Shown piece after piece: positions 1 through 37,436 of a stretch of DNA of 64,000 nt. The DNA is taken from positions 580,414-644,413 of the forward strand of contig NMRA01000214.1 in NCBI GenBank assembly GCA_002633005.1, written 5' to 3'. Below the pieces are notes generated by a model that was not told where the DNA came from, searched no databases, and saw only the letters and a list, made by a program, of their open reading frames with translations. Each line of letters opens with the position of its first letter. Within the stretch, counting starts at the first letter, position 1. Made by a program: the position numbers and the translations under genes. Origin of the DNA: Phoronis australis (Eukaryota; Animalia; Phoronida).

Positions 1-522
1 CGGCAGTAGCAGTGACTTACTTAGTTTGCTCGTGGAGGAGTAGTTTTTACTGACTTTACCACTTTGCCAGTGGCATTGATGCTGCAGTACCATATTGGAA
101 TCAGCGTCGTATTGGAATATTGTAATACAGTCCAGTCAAGACAATGAATTACTGTGTATTAGTTGGTGCATATCTTGTATATCTTCGTAATTGAGATGGC
201 TCTAAAATCTCATCAGTTTTGAACAAAGCAATCTCTAAATTTACTTCATTTTACAAGAGCTTGTAACCTTGTTGTGAACGCCCATCTTTTTCAAAATTTG
301 TCTATAGGTTAGCTGCGGTACAGGTCTCGAACACGGTAGCATTATACTCATGCTGAATACATATCTTTCATGGAAAGTTGAAGAAATGAAATTTCTGTTG
401 TCCGCCATAGTGTGACGTCCATACTGAACAACTAAGAACCTTATTTTCCTAGCAGGGTGATCGTCAGCACAACTTGGCGTTTTGGATAGATTTCCTCGTA
501 TAAAGTGCGAAAAGACGTTGGA

Positions 523-23874
<23,352 letters not shown>

Positions 23875-24482
23875 CCCTGGCTGTGCAGTAGAATCGGGTG
23901 CCAAGCAGACATCATCTATAATCCAGTTACCACGGTTACAGCAGTGTCTTGGAAGAGGCCACTGTTTTGACGTGCAGTCAAATGTGGTTCCATTGCTGCT
24001 TTTTAGGACAATTTACAACTTGATTTAAGACAATCTGACCACCGTCCATCAATTTTGTTTGGGTTAGTGTATTGCCGCGCCTTCAGGCCCATGGATCTGT
24101 ATCCGAAATAATGCTCTTTTTCGCATTCTTTTTTATTCAAGTGGCTCGCATATTGGTGTCTATACCTGAGTTTTTCATACAAGCGCTTTTCCACAGATAC
24201 TCATGGGCTGGCTAATGGCGCGGCAATACAGTAGTGAGTTGAGAAATTGGTAAACTTGATACTGTCGATATCTTATACGGTGACGAGAATGCTACCAGAT
24301 TTTATTGGTATATACCGTATATGCTGTTGTGATATTGCGATGCATCAGTTCACAAGCAGAATTAGCAACATTTTATGTCTTTGAATAATAGATATTGTGT
24401 GAAAGTGTATTTTTATTTAAGAAAGACTCGTCCACTATTGCTGCCACTGATTTTTGAAATATTTAATTGTGCAAATGTTTTT

Positions 24483-24488
24483 AATAAA
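24483..24488 (+). promoter_or_regulatory. Putative PRMT2 polyadenylation signal AATAAA
   Basis: Canonical hexamer ~600 nt after the stop codon, followed by GT-rich sequence (ttgttcgttgttgttg). Confidence 0.6.
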
Positions 24489-27400
24489 GTTCGGACCCAA
24501 AATTGTCACTTGTTCGTTGTTGTTGCTGAACAGTTGTTGTTCTTGTGTGGCACTTTAATCACACCTGCGCAATGTTAATTGTGGACATTTTAATGTTTTA
24601 AATTACTTTACTGTGCAGCTGTTCCAAACAACTAAAACAAAACCAAGACACCTTTTCCTTACACAATCGGTTGTCAAAGTTTCTTACAATGACAGCTTCA
24701 AATAGCTTAAAGCAGACCAACCCCTTTAAAATTTAACAACTATTCTGTTCAGTTGTAAGTTTTGTCTTGCTTTTCACTTAATGTTCAACTTCATGCAAGT
24801 GATGTCATGGCAAAGAATTCAAGTATTATAGACTAGAATTATTAGTGAACACATTTTGAGTTGTAAGTTGTCATAAATGAAAGTGCATCCTGCGGATAGA
24901 ATGACTGATGGAGGTTGTTCAATGATACACCTGTTTTAGTAACCCCCTGTTTATAAAGCACTTCAAAGGTGGTGTAAAAGTAGTCTTTGAGAACCATTGC
25001 GCGAAACAAAAATCTTTTAGGAACGTCTCCAATTCACCTCGAACTGTGTGCACGTGATAACATTGTGGGTCTAACCTGAAAATCACCATTGGTGCATGTG
25101 TAAAAGCCTTTGTTTTACCTAGGGACCTTCATATATTAACTTCGAAAATGCCACCTTTTGCTTTTTAGAGACAGTTATTTTCCAATAGGGCCTGTAAGTG
25201 TATGAATGAGGTTCGTTGGCATAGGTTTCTGTTAAAAGTGCGTGTTGTGGCAGGGGAGACAAATCCGAAGGTTCTCTAAAGAACAGTTGAAAGTTTGCCC
25301 GCTCCGGTGATTTAACGATCCGGTTTGCGAGATCCATAAATGCATGGATACATCGTGTATGTGTGGACCAGTTCATGAAGCTAACTAGTCATTTATGTAA
25401 CCTCTCTGGTTTATTTCCTTTTTTGCCAGTGTGTTACTATATTGTACACTTTTTTCACATTTCAGTAACACTTGGGTTTTTTAGAATTAAAAATATTTTT
25501 AAACCAGTCAGGTGTTCGCGAAATGATAATTAATAGTGAATTAAATTTTTTTTATCTTTTGCTTCTGGTAAAATCATCACTGAAGAACTGACAAAATCCA
25601 TTTAATGACAAAATCCATAGCCAGTACAAGCAGCTGAACCAACACTGCAAACATCCCCTCACCCATGGGCGCCGCAACCTCAGCTGCCGCGAGATCGGAG
25701 TTAACATGCCAGGGTTAAGTTCAGTCATACTAAGACCTCGCTAAAATCTTGCCAAATCATGACATTTAAAACACACGGCAATATTTAACGTAATCTCGGA
25801 AGTATTACTTTATAGCTAGGTTGGCTAGCGTTACTGCTGTTGCTGGTTCCCTGCGTGCCCGGGGCGGTAGCCGCGCCAGCACGTGCTCCGGCTGGCAGGG
25901 CTAAGCACGAACCAGCGAGGCGTTACTGAACTCTGGGCGTGGCTAAAGTTCTGCCACGGCCAACATAAATTACGGTTTGTTTAATCAACGATTTCTGTTG
26001 CTTATGCGGTTAGCTGGTTCTTGAATTTTACAGGATATAGGAAATAAATTCTACTCCACACATATATCCACTTGCCTTGTGGCGGATTTGCTCTCGCGAA
26101 CACTTACATAACGGGCAAATCACAATCAAGGTCCATATTCGGTGGCCACTTTTGGTGAAAAATGAAGGTTGTCATGTAACTGTAAAAGCTATGTTATTTT
26201 AAAGTACGATCATTCCAGGCTCAGTTGTAATCTAAAATATTTTTGCACAAGACCCACCGAATAAAATTTTATGGCCTAATGCATCACAGTTGTATAAAAG
26301 GGTACTTAAACTACAACTTGTGGTCACAGCCCACTTATATCATGCAAAAATTCATAAGGTACCTGTTAATTAAATAAGTTATTGGTCAAATTGAGACCTA
26401 ATTCAAGCCGAAAGGAGGCGCGTTCCAAAACGAGGCTCGCTACGATAACTCCGTTGACTCGTATCGACATAGTGGTTGTATTCCGCGTTGCTCGAAGTGT
26501 CTAGAAAAAAATACGGACACTCAACATAACTGTCTGTTTTACAGTCCCTAAGGACGTTGAGATTCGGAAGCATACCTATGTTGGGTCCTTGTCATACGCC
26601 GCGACGAAGGAAAATATGGCCGTGTAAAATTTATAAATGTTTTCGAAGTTAGATCATATTTTGTCGCATCTCGGTTGCCGAGCATCATAGCAACGACCGG
26701 AGAATCTTCGGCCACTAGCCATGCTATGTTCATGACTACGCTTTGAAACACGATGCATTTTGCTTCCCAAAAAAGGACAGGGCCCTCAATTCCTCGATTT
26801 TGGGACTGGATATTTTCCGTATATTCCCCTCTCAAAAATATTGAAAATCCCCGAAATAACCTCCACGAGGCTTAAAAACTCCTAGTGATTGAAAACGTCC
26901 GAGTCTCTCCGAAGTTCAAATTACCTGTAACCACACGGGTGACAATTTGGAAGAGCACAAACTGTTACTTGAGACAAAGCCTGTGAGAGCTTGCAACAGG
27001 ACGGGGGTGCTGATCGGGAGGTGGATTTTGCCCCGCCCGGCGGGCGGCACTCGGAGAAAAAAAATCCCCTCTCAGAAGGCACAGGCACCTTTCCCCTCGG
27101 ATGAACGAGGCCCCTGAAGAAACATGATAACTTTTCTTACTCTGTCCAGTTAACTGAAATTGAGCTCTAATTGAACGAGGTTATGCTTTGGACGAACGGA
27201 TTAGGTGTTTTAATTTTAAAATTCACTGGTCCAAATTGATAGTTGAAACCTAACATATGAAATAGACGTCAGAATTATTAAAACCAGGATAGCAGTATTG
27301 ATGGTCACTAAATAATTACTTGTAAATGTGTGCAAGCGAGTGAATGAGAACCTGGATATAATGCGAAAGGGATTGCTTGGGCTGTGCTCGTTTTTAATTT

Positions 27401-28589
27401 TTTAATTTAAAAATGGCCAGGTTTTTTATTTTAATAAAAATATATTTAATAACATCAGTTATTCTTTCATATGAATGACAAATCAACTGTTAGTCCCGGT
27501 AGTCTCTACCTCACCAGGACCTATGCTATTCTTGATATTAATATTCTTGATCAACAAATTAAACCAGATGTGACTAATTGCACATGGCAGCAAAATGCTA
27601 TAAGCCACCACTGTCGAATATATCTTCAACTCGTCAACAGTACAAGCAGATGACTTGTAGAAAGCATATTTATCAACGATTTACTAGAAGAAATGTAACC
27701 CTGCATTCAGCATAACACCTAACCCGGTAACACTACGATTGCCATAGTTTGGTCATATCTACTTTTCATGTTTCGAACCTAATTTTCCGAAAAAACTCAT
27801 ACCCTTTCGTCAGACAACTTTTTTATGCATTGACTTGTTCTCTAATGTATTTTTTCTACGTCTCTGAGTTTAATTATCGACACATTTTTAAGATTTAACT
27901 TCCAGGTTGGACTCGAAAGACCGGCCATTTAACTCGCAGTGAGCCTCGCTTTGGATTTTAATGTCCGCAGCGTGAGTTGGGTCTATACAAAAGTAAGAAA
28001 AGTTATTACCGTGCTGATAAGTTGTTCTAGATGATGATACATTGCATATCTTAACACAGCATAATGAGAACGTCTTCTCTTGCAATATGATTCTTACAAA
28101 AAAATGACATGTAACTACTTTTTTCAAAAACTTTATTGGTGCTATTTGCCTAGCTTTAAATACATTCACCAGTTGGTCAAAATAGTTAAAGCAATGGTAG
28201 GCCCAGTGTTCAACTTGTAAACAGTAAAAAATGGCACTGGTTAGTGGTTAGTACACGACTCACAGTCAATCACCTTCAAATTTTAACTAAGTTACAAATG
28301 TATAAGATGGTCTGGAGTTTTGTGCTGCCTCCACTTTGTTGGTTTGTTGCAAGTTGTCTTGAGGGATAGAGAACCTGCCTCTGCAACATCAGTTGTCACA
28401 TGACATGTCCTCTAGGATGTTTCTAGCCAAGTCCTATGTGGCAATTTATTGCCCACAAAATTTGATAATTGTCCATTTTTTTGTCAGACTGGATGCATTT
28501 TGGAAATATCAGTATTGTTCATGAGAACAGCAGTACGTAAAAATAGTTGTGGGCAATGCTTTATATTTATAGTACAGAGGTTGAATGTA

Positions 28590-29490
28590 CGTACACGTAC
28601 ACTACAAAGGGGTACGCAGTCCTACACTACATTTCAATGACTTGTCAGGTTTATAGAAATACCTAGAATCTACTGAGAGTTAGTTCATTTACCAAATCTA
28701 TTTAAAGAGAACAAATAAGAACTGCAGCATACATGTGCATATCTGTTTGTCATTCTTTGAAAACAGACACATGTTAAAATATAGGGGTACGTACACTACA
28801 CATATGCTAATATTACACTCAAAATAAATGTATTTGCAATAAACACTCTTTTAACTTAGCATTTTTAATGGAGGAAACTGTCTGTGACAGATGTTCCTTA
28901 CTTACTGTGTAATATTTTTGTTTCATGGTATTTGTTCACGTCGGGGTACGAACACTACACAGGGGTACGTACATGTACACTACATTTCTATTACATGTCA
29001 CGTTTGTAACTAAATACTAAGAATCTACTGAGAGTTAGTTGATATACTAAATCAATTCAAAGAGAAAAAATAAAAGCCACAACATTCATGTGCATATCTG
29101 CCACATTTTGAAAATAGGCACAAGTTAAAATATAGGGGTACGTATACTACACAATTGCTGATATTTCACTCAAAACAAATGTATTTGTAAAAAACACCCT
29201 TTTAACCTAACATTTTTAAGGAAGGAAATTGTCTATCACTAATATTGATCACTTGCCAAGTGATATTTTAATTTCATGGCATTTGTAAACATGGGGGTAC
29301 GTACACTACAAAAGGGGGTACGTAGGCCTACACGACATCACTGTTTCTGCATCACGTGGTAACATAATGCTGTATGGTCATTTATTTTTATTTGATGATA
29401 ATAAGCACCATGCTGTTATTTAAAAGGCAATAATTTCATTTTCAATGGCCATTTGTGTTACTGAATTCCACATGGGGTACTTACACTACA
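28590..29490. repeat. Degenerate ~350-bp tandem repeat with recurring GGGGTACGTACACTACA motif, probably the interior of a non-autonomous DNA transposon
   Basis: Shared blocks agaatctactgagagttagtt (~28665, ~29020) and aatataggggtacgta (~28779, ~29129); about 9 full or partial GGGGTAC..CACTACA motifs. Confidence 0.75.
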
Positions 29491-30450
29491 TTTTGTTAGC
29501 CTTTTTGGCCCATTTTCAACATAGCAGAACCCAGGCAATATCGAAACCTTTGGTTTGTTTAGATATTGAATAGTTTGCTGTGCTGCCTAGGCTAACATAG
29601 TCTGCAGTTCTTTTTTTACAGAGTGTGAACTTCAGTCTTTAACCTTCTTTACAGTAGGTTATTAGAAACACAGAATTTACAAATTTCGTAACGAGTGCCT
29701 GTTTTATGATGAACCCTACCATTTCTCAATGATTAAGCACAGCAAACGACTTTCAATGTGTATTTTGTGTGAAATGCTTTCACCAAAATCTTTTTCGAAT
29801 GCAGAAAAGCGGTCGACTTTCCAAGAAATTAGACTTAACTTTCACCTGTATAGATTCCTTATATTAGTCATTGTGACTGTAAACTCTGACCTGCTTAATC
29901 ACAGTATTGTGTACACTCCAGGAGAATGGTACGTAATGTCTAAACTCCTAATGCGTTGTCCACAGGGCAGCTATCGCATTAGCAATGTCTTCACGGCAAC
30001 ACAGTACTGGCTGAAGCAAGTTGAAATGTTAAGGATGGACATGTAAATTTTAAGTTAATTTGTTTGGTTTCTGGATTTGAATTTCTCGTGGAAAGTTATT
30101 GTAGAATCTTTCATTCACGCAACAAAGAGGATGAAAATTGGTTTACAACGTCTGCAATGGGTTTGTATTTCTTGTCAACAGTTTTGAGTTAATACAACCA
30201 AAGCAATAAAGAATCTAACCGAGTTCACTCATCGACATAAACAAAAGTCCCAACTCTGCAGACATCATTACAAACCAACTGCACTGCAGATCCCTTTAAT
30301 TCATCCATGACAATTTAGCAGACATGCAATTTAATGCAATACCTCACACATTGTTTAGGACACTCCTAACTTTTCCAGACTGCAGTCAGCGTGTGCTGTC
30401 ATCTTCATAATTGAGCAAGTGCAAGGCATGGTCATGTCACTCATAAATAC

Positions 30451-32423
30451 TGGTGTGCCGACCACACCACTAGAAGGTGTGCCAACCACGAACATAAAAG
30501 CCACGAGTCTCAGAGATGACTCACTTAGACTCTAAAGTCAATGTGCAGGCAAAGGACTCCGTAGCAAGTGTATAGACCTATTTACTAGTATTTCCACATT
30601 AGTGTAGTTATAATCTCTTCAGCAGGCAATATATATGTTATACCAAAATATTGCGCTACTACCTACACAAGAATTTGCGGCGAGGATAAAGAAGACCTTC
30701 ATAATGGCCTTCACGTACCATTACCGCCAACTAATTACTGGCTTACCGGACTGGACACTCCATCTCTCAAGTTTGAACAGTTCCTTGAAATGCTAGAGGA
30801 CTACTTAATTTGTGTTAACGGACGCAAACCTAAAGGAAGGCAACCACCTCTCGCATCAACAGAAAAATATGCTACTACGGTCGTTTCTGGGACCTACGGC
30901 TATTGCTCAATTGGAAGGCCATCCCAATGGCATAACGTACGTACAAATCAACCGATACTACTCATGCTGCGTATGTGACGGTGACCAAGGAGATTTTCGG
31001 CCGACTGGTAAATCGGGTAAGGGCGCATTTCGATTTTGACAATAAATACCAGTTACAGAATATGAGTCTGTTTCCGAATTCTTACAAGCACTGCGCTCAT
31101 TACTGAGTGATAGTGACTTTAAGGGAAACCCGGATTACTTTCTGGCTATCCAGTTTGTTCAGAGCTTGTACAACAAAGAGGCCTAAACTCGCATACTTCA
31201 AGAGAAGGACATGGACTTAGCTCTTTTTATTGACATTGCCAAGAATGAAGAAACTATACCCAGCAAACCTCCAAGGTTTTAAGTGGACAGCAAGGTGTTC
31301 CTCATCCTCAAGTGGCTGCAGATAAAAGAAGGCCCCACATCCATACTGGCCACAAACCACAACAGCATCATCAAAGACGGCACTCTAAATAAAAACATCT
31401 TCAGTACTCCACAAACCTGTTATCGCTGTGGTTCCAAGGGCCACCTGGCTAATAGCCGGGAGTGTCCAGCCATAAAGACTACATGTCGTAACTGTCACAG
31501 AACTGGTGGACATTATGACCGCTGTTGCATGCAGAAAGGCTCCAGTGGTAAACAAATAAACGTCATCATTAGGGCTAACACCACAGCTCCTGGCAAGGAT
31601 GATTTTACATGTGATCTCCAACTAGTCACTCCTGCTGGTGTTTCGATTCATGTGTCCGCTCTTGCAATTGACACCCAATCTGACCTGATCGACATGTGTT
31701 CCCTACAATAAATCATTCAAAGCCTTGCCATTGAAAGCAATGGATACTTAAGTCAACAATTTTGATGGTACTACAATTATAGGCATGCGAGGCCACTTTT
31801 CTACTATGGTGCATCATGGAGATTGATATGCTACACTCACAATCTACGTTACTTCCAACCAGTGTGCGTATATTGCTGGTAAAAATGCCATGCTTTACAG
31901 TTAGTCAAGCTGGATGGCCCTATGCAATCAGTTCAAGCCGTTACTACAAGCCGCCGCACCCGTGAACACTGCCTTCGTCTGATAAGCAAGTACCCTAAGC
32001 TTACAGAATCTACCATTGGCTTGTTTCCTGATTTTGCCCACACCATACAACTGCAACTCAATGCTGGGCCTACACATGCCTCCCTGCGGCCGATACCAGA
32101 AGCTGCGAAAACCATTGACCAAACAGAAGCGCAGGGAATATGGTCCAAAATCCGGCCACATTCCCGCTCCAACAGAGGACTGCCACCAACTCGATTTCCT
32201 CACTAACGCTTGATGAGCGGTTGGAGGTTGGTGTGCCGACCACACACCATTAAGGTGTGCCAACTACGAACATTAAAGCCACGAGTCTCAGACTGACTCA
32301 CTGAGACTCTACAGTCAAGGTGCAGGCAAAAGACTTTGTAGTTTATAGACCTATTTACTAGTATTTCTATATTATATGTAGTTATCACCTCTTCAGCAGG
32401 CAATATATGTGTTATACACAACA
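30451..32423 (+). mobile_element. Internally deleted Ty3/gypsy LTR retrotransposon
   Basis: LTRs 30451-~30672 and 32229-32423 (TG...CA); 5-bp TSD AATAC (30446-30450, 32424-32428); PBS-like TGCGGCGAGGA at ~30676; purine tract before the 3' LTR; disrupted gag with double Zn knuckle CYRCGSKGH..CPAIKTTCRNCHRTGGHYDRCC; protease/pre-RT remnants; RT, RNase H and integrase missing. Confidence 0.92.
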
Positions 32424-32654
32424 AATACACTGAGCAACAAAAAAGGGCCTCAAAACAAAGTCTCGAAGAACGTCTTTGCAAACCGGATACCAGTTTGAAA
32501 AAAACATTGTCAATATTTACTGGCAAGAACAAGTCTAAATAGAATATGTTTACTGAGAGCAACCGTATAGGCTTCCAATTTAGAAAACTACGAAGAGCTA
32601 GGAAAGTAATCGAACGCTTTCGGTAAGCCAATGAGCAAACAGTCTGCACTCTTC

Positions 32655-32790
32655 ATCTCAAGTCTTCAGTGAGTATTAATAATGCATCGTGACACGAATA
32701 TCCTCTGTGAAAAGCACGCACGTAGTTACTGAACAATTTATCAATATAGACATTCGGTTGTCTGCAAATGTGCTTTTCAAAACAATATTT
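32655..32790 (-). mobile_element. Non-LTR retrotransposon (CR1/L2-like) reverse transcriptase fragment
   Basis: Minus-strand peptide LFSNYVRAFHRGYSCHDALLILTEDLR resembles the (Q)xGFRxGxSxxxALxxLxxDW block of LINE RTs. Confidence 0.65.
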
Positions 32791-35700
32791 AATATGACAA
32801 TAGACGGGGCATGTGAGCAAATAGTGAGCATGACCATTAATTGGCATGTCTTCATACTTTGAGAAGGCATGTGAGCAAGCAGTGAGCATCACTATTAGTT
32901 GACTCTATCTTCATACTTTGAGACGCTAGAGTTTACACTAAGGTGCCCAATAACAATGTTGTTGGGGGTTTTGCTTTCGCATTTTCTTCCAGGTATGCAC
33001 ATCAGAATTTTTGTCCATATCAATATCAATAAGTTACATTTCCACAGCAAGTAACGCAAAATGAAAATATCGGGTCTCCCTCATGATGTCCTAGATCCTT
33101 TACTGGGCCGAAGCCCCTTCATGGCTGGCTCCTTAAAAAGACACTTCCGTGTCTTGTGACCGGAACGAGTACGTTTGCAACAGGTGAATGGTTTCCCGTG
33201 TGGGCAAGAGGATTTGACATGTCCGCGCTGCAGTACCAACATATTGTTGGCTGCTTTCTGCTTCACTGTATTGGAGTGTCATTATTCCATTTAAGGAGTT
33301 CATGCACGTTTACGATTTCGAATCAGGTTTGATGGCAATTCCAATGCCAACTTTTCTCCTGAAACGAGCGACGCGAGTTTTGCTCACTGTACCGGTCGGG
33401 TACAATCAACATTGATTGGCGTCTGCACTTCAGGTTTTGAGCTCGATCCCTGAGCGTGAATCAGTTAATATGCGTCTCCGAGATGTCCAATTTAAATGCT
33501 TATGGCTGTCCACTGATACATGTATACCTTTTAAATTCGCGCTTTCACAGACGCAACACAGTTGTTTTTGCCTTCGTGCGAAGGAAATATACGGTGGCGA
33601 GGATTGGACATGTTAATTTATTTTTCCAAACTCGAGCGCCCAACTTATAATTGCTTGCAACCAAAGAACGTAATGTGAAAACCCATCAATGCAGCCATGA
33701 ATGCAAATACCATAGGTTTTAGTTTGTCGTAAGAATCTAAGAGCCAACGTAATTTGGTCCTCTGGAACTATATCGCCGTCTAAGAAGCCTCCTGTGTTTT
33801 CAGCTCCCCACCCTCAGGATCTAGATGCTCCAACATTACTCTGAGAGTGTTGAGAGCCTCACTCTGTATACGTTAGAGAGCGACACGACCGTCCGCCATC
33901 ATTGGAATAAACGACTTGAACGCAGTGTTGTAGTTGTCCGAACAAAAGCCAAACTCACGGCTTAACTAGAGTCTCCTTACTGACATTTCCATTTGTGATA
34001 CATTTCAAATGCATGAATCTGTATCCATGCAACTGTTTCCACTTGGCCAGTAGCTTGGTGACAAATTCGACTACGTCATCCAATCATCTACATCAATAAA
34101 TCTCTTACGTCTGCCTGCACTCACGACGTACCTGAATCCTTGAGCGAGTCAGAACATTTAATATTCAACTTGGCTGAGCCCAAGATGAAAGACATTCGTC
34201 ACGGCAGCTTCCATTTTGAAGAAGAGTCTTGTTTTCATCACGTGCTCGTGAAATAACTCGGGCGCCTGACTCCTAAGTCGAGCGCTCGAGTTAGGAAATA
34301 TATATTATCTGTCCTCTCCCAGCCACCATAGAAATACGTTGCAGCAACTTCGAAAGAAAAAAATCGCACAGTTACATTCATTTGAAGAGTGAAAGTCCGG
34401 AACGTACGGAACCAGCACATTACATTATGCTCCTAAACTGCTTAGTGGAGAAACTTGACACCCCAGATGTAAGTATGTGTAACTGCATGGAATAGGCACA
34501 ACACCATGACGCAGACTAGCTCTTTTGGCCTCAGGAGAAAACTTGGCTATGCTGTAAAGGACGTGACCGGGGAGTGGCAGTAGTTCTCTGAAGTTGTTTT
34601 GTGCGAAAGAGGTCCGCCATTTTTAGAGCACGAGATAGTTTTGCTGTTTACAGGTACTCTTCAGAAGAACAGAAATTACAAAAATCTGGTTCTCAATGGC
34701 ATTTCTCACATGACCTAGAATGTGTTACGACACGACTGGTTAATAACACCGAGTACGTAATTTTTTGATATTACATGGGCGAATCACAAAGTATTGCAAA
34801 GTAGAAATCCATACGCCTTACATTTTATCGTCTGCAAAACACCAAAACAACCAAACGCGCGCCAACCAAACAATGCCGGGAGGTGGCAAGGTTATGATTG
34901 ACAAATCGGCTGTTGCAACTGTACGTAGGCCTACTCCTAGTCGGAAGGACATGCAAACAACTCCTTAAACAGACCCATCCTCGGCGGCGAATTCCATATC
35001 CACGTTCATTCCAACGGAGACGAGCCCCAACTAGAGTAACGCGTCGCGACCGTCTAGCTGTGCTGTCTCAAGGTCAATTCAGTGCTCACTCGCGGGGAAG
35101 CCTTGTTGACTGTTATTTTTTAAGTTTCAACATTACAGTTTCAAAGACTATTTATTAGATTCTAACTTGCATACATGTGCCACGAAAGCTGAATGCAAGT
35201 TACAATTGTTAAACTTAAGATAAAACTATTGACAAAAAGTAACTGAATTACTTTACATTGTGCAAGCCGGTGTTTTTACAAAAGTTGGGACATGCGGTTG
35301 AAAGTTTTAGACAGGCCGAGTTTTTCGGAAAAAAAGATCGTTTTTACGGTTAATGTGAGAAAACAAATCCTACACTCGTCTCAGATTTATGACAGGGGCA
35401 AAACATCTTGGAAATTTTGTCTTGCCGAGGGACTTTGACGAAATTTCATAAACCTGAGATTCGTGTACTAGGATTCTCTATATTTTAACCTATTTTGTGG
35501 AATCTACGGTGCAAGAGCTTCTGAATTATTGTATCCACCCCGGGACCGGGGTAGTCGTGAATTTGTGATTTTAGAGAGCAAATTGACAAAATTGGATTTT
35601 ATTGATATCTCATTTTTCCGATGAACATAGCAAGGCAAAAAGACAGGCTTCATTGAATTTCTTCGTCTTTGAGAAACCACAGTGACTGAGTGTGGTTTCT

Positions 35701-37436
35701 GTAAGTTATGCATTTAATTTTCCAGAAGGGTGAAAACAAGAGTTTTTCTTGAATAAGACTAGTGATTATGTTAAGACCATCCACTCGAGCTGTGGTATTT
35801 GTCCTGTGCCGCTATGACGCATAATTATGCTCATTGCCATTACAAACTTATAAAGGTTTCTGCACATTCACTTGAATCTCGATCGGTTTCACGGGACATC
35901 GTACTCCGTCAATAGATTTCTACGACCCTGCTGTCGTTCGTTTTCCGTTTGACTTAATGTATACCAATTTTTCCCTTAGGCGAATCACGTAAGCAAAAAA
36001 GATTCATTCGAAGCTAATCAGTGGTATCAATTACTACATGACGAAATTTCGTCTGATAACGTTCAACATAAAATTTCAAAGACGCTGTTATAGTTTTCCA
36101 AATTACCATTTCGTTTTAATGCCATGGGACTTCTGAGTTATTTCATAAATTAATGAAAATCCTATGTTGATAGCCCCTCATACAAAAGTGGAATATTTTA
36201 AGACAATTCTTCACACTGTTTTAAAGAACTAGGGACAGTGTGACGTTTTTAAAGCTAATTTGATTTTGTGTCCTATTTTGCTCTGTGCTTTTGTTTCATG
36301 TGACCAAAAGTGGTTAAATATGCCCGAGACAATATTTTTCGTATAGACTGTCACAATGCCTAAGTGAACTCTAAATGTCAACACAGTGTCATTTTTCACC
36401 CCACTCCTTGGTAAATTATACGAAAATATACAACATCCTTTGAATGCGAGAAATTTTTATACCTATGTATGAGGTGGGAAACGTCGAAATTAATGAATTT
36501 CACAAGTCAAAGTACCATTTTTACCGAAACTGGGTCGCAAGCTGGTCGCATAGAGATCGGTTGATTAGCGTATCCATTGTTCACTTCCGTTTTGCTTGTA
36601 ATAATAATAATGGTAAACATTTAGAGGTAACAGGCTGATGTGAGCCTAAGGTACGATCTCCAGGCGACGCTGTATTGTTATATCTAACAAAGAAAAACAT
36701 TGGTAGTGTTCCTTTGGCGATAACCATGCGACGCTCTTACGCCCGTAGCATGGATGTCGCAAGTTGAACAATAACTTGCTATCTCCATACGACGTCATTT
36801 GGCATGTCCCATAGCTGAGAGACCACTGACTTAAAGTTGAAATACTTGCAAGAATTCATCTCAGAGTGCACTGACACCATTGATTGTTTTTTTTTTAAAT
36901 TATAAAACGCCGATTTTCCTACGCGTAAACGTGTTTTTGTTCTGCTTTTGTGTTCGCTAGACGTCTGCGGTGTGCTCGCAGTACCCTCGAACACTACGCC
37001 ACCTACTTCGAAGAGTAGACTACCTCGCGGTACTCTAGGATGACTGAGACTGTAGTAACAGAAATACTCTGATCATGAAAGACGATGATAACCATATCTG
37101 CGACGGTGGGTTGTTTGTTGCGACAGTGAGAAGTTAAGGGCTTCGATCCGTATACTTAAGATAGCATGTACTTGCGACGAAAAGTATTCGTTATGGAAGG
37201 CAAACAGTGTGTTCTATTTCATAAGTCAACATTTCAACCTGACCGTCCCTGCCATTTTGCCAGGTTAGGGCTAGCAACGTTTCGAGCATACTTGCGAAGC
37301 ACTCTTACTCGCATGAATTTACGAAATCTCGAACTTGCTTCCTTGTCACTGATAAGAGGGCCAGTCTTTGTTGCTAAGTTACTCGACGTAATTTGAATAT
37401 GTATGACCATAATCATGAGCCAGAACAACCCGTGTT

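Noticed and set aside
28590-29490. CRISPR-like array of GGGGTACGTACACTACA repeats
   Set aside because: Spacing is irregular and the intervening sequences are themselves repeated with a ~350-bp period.
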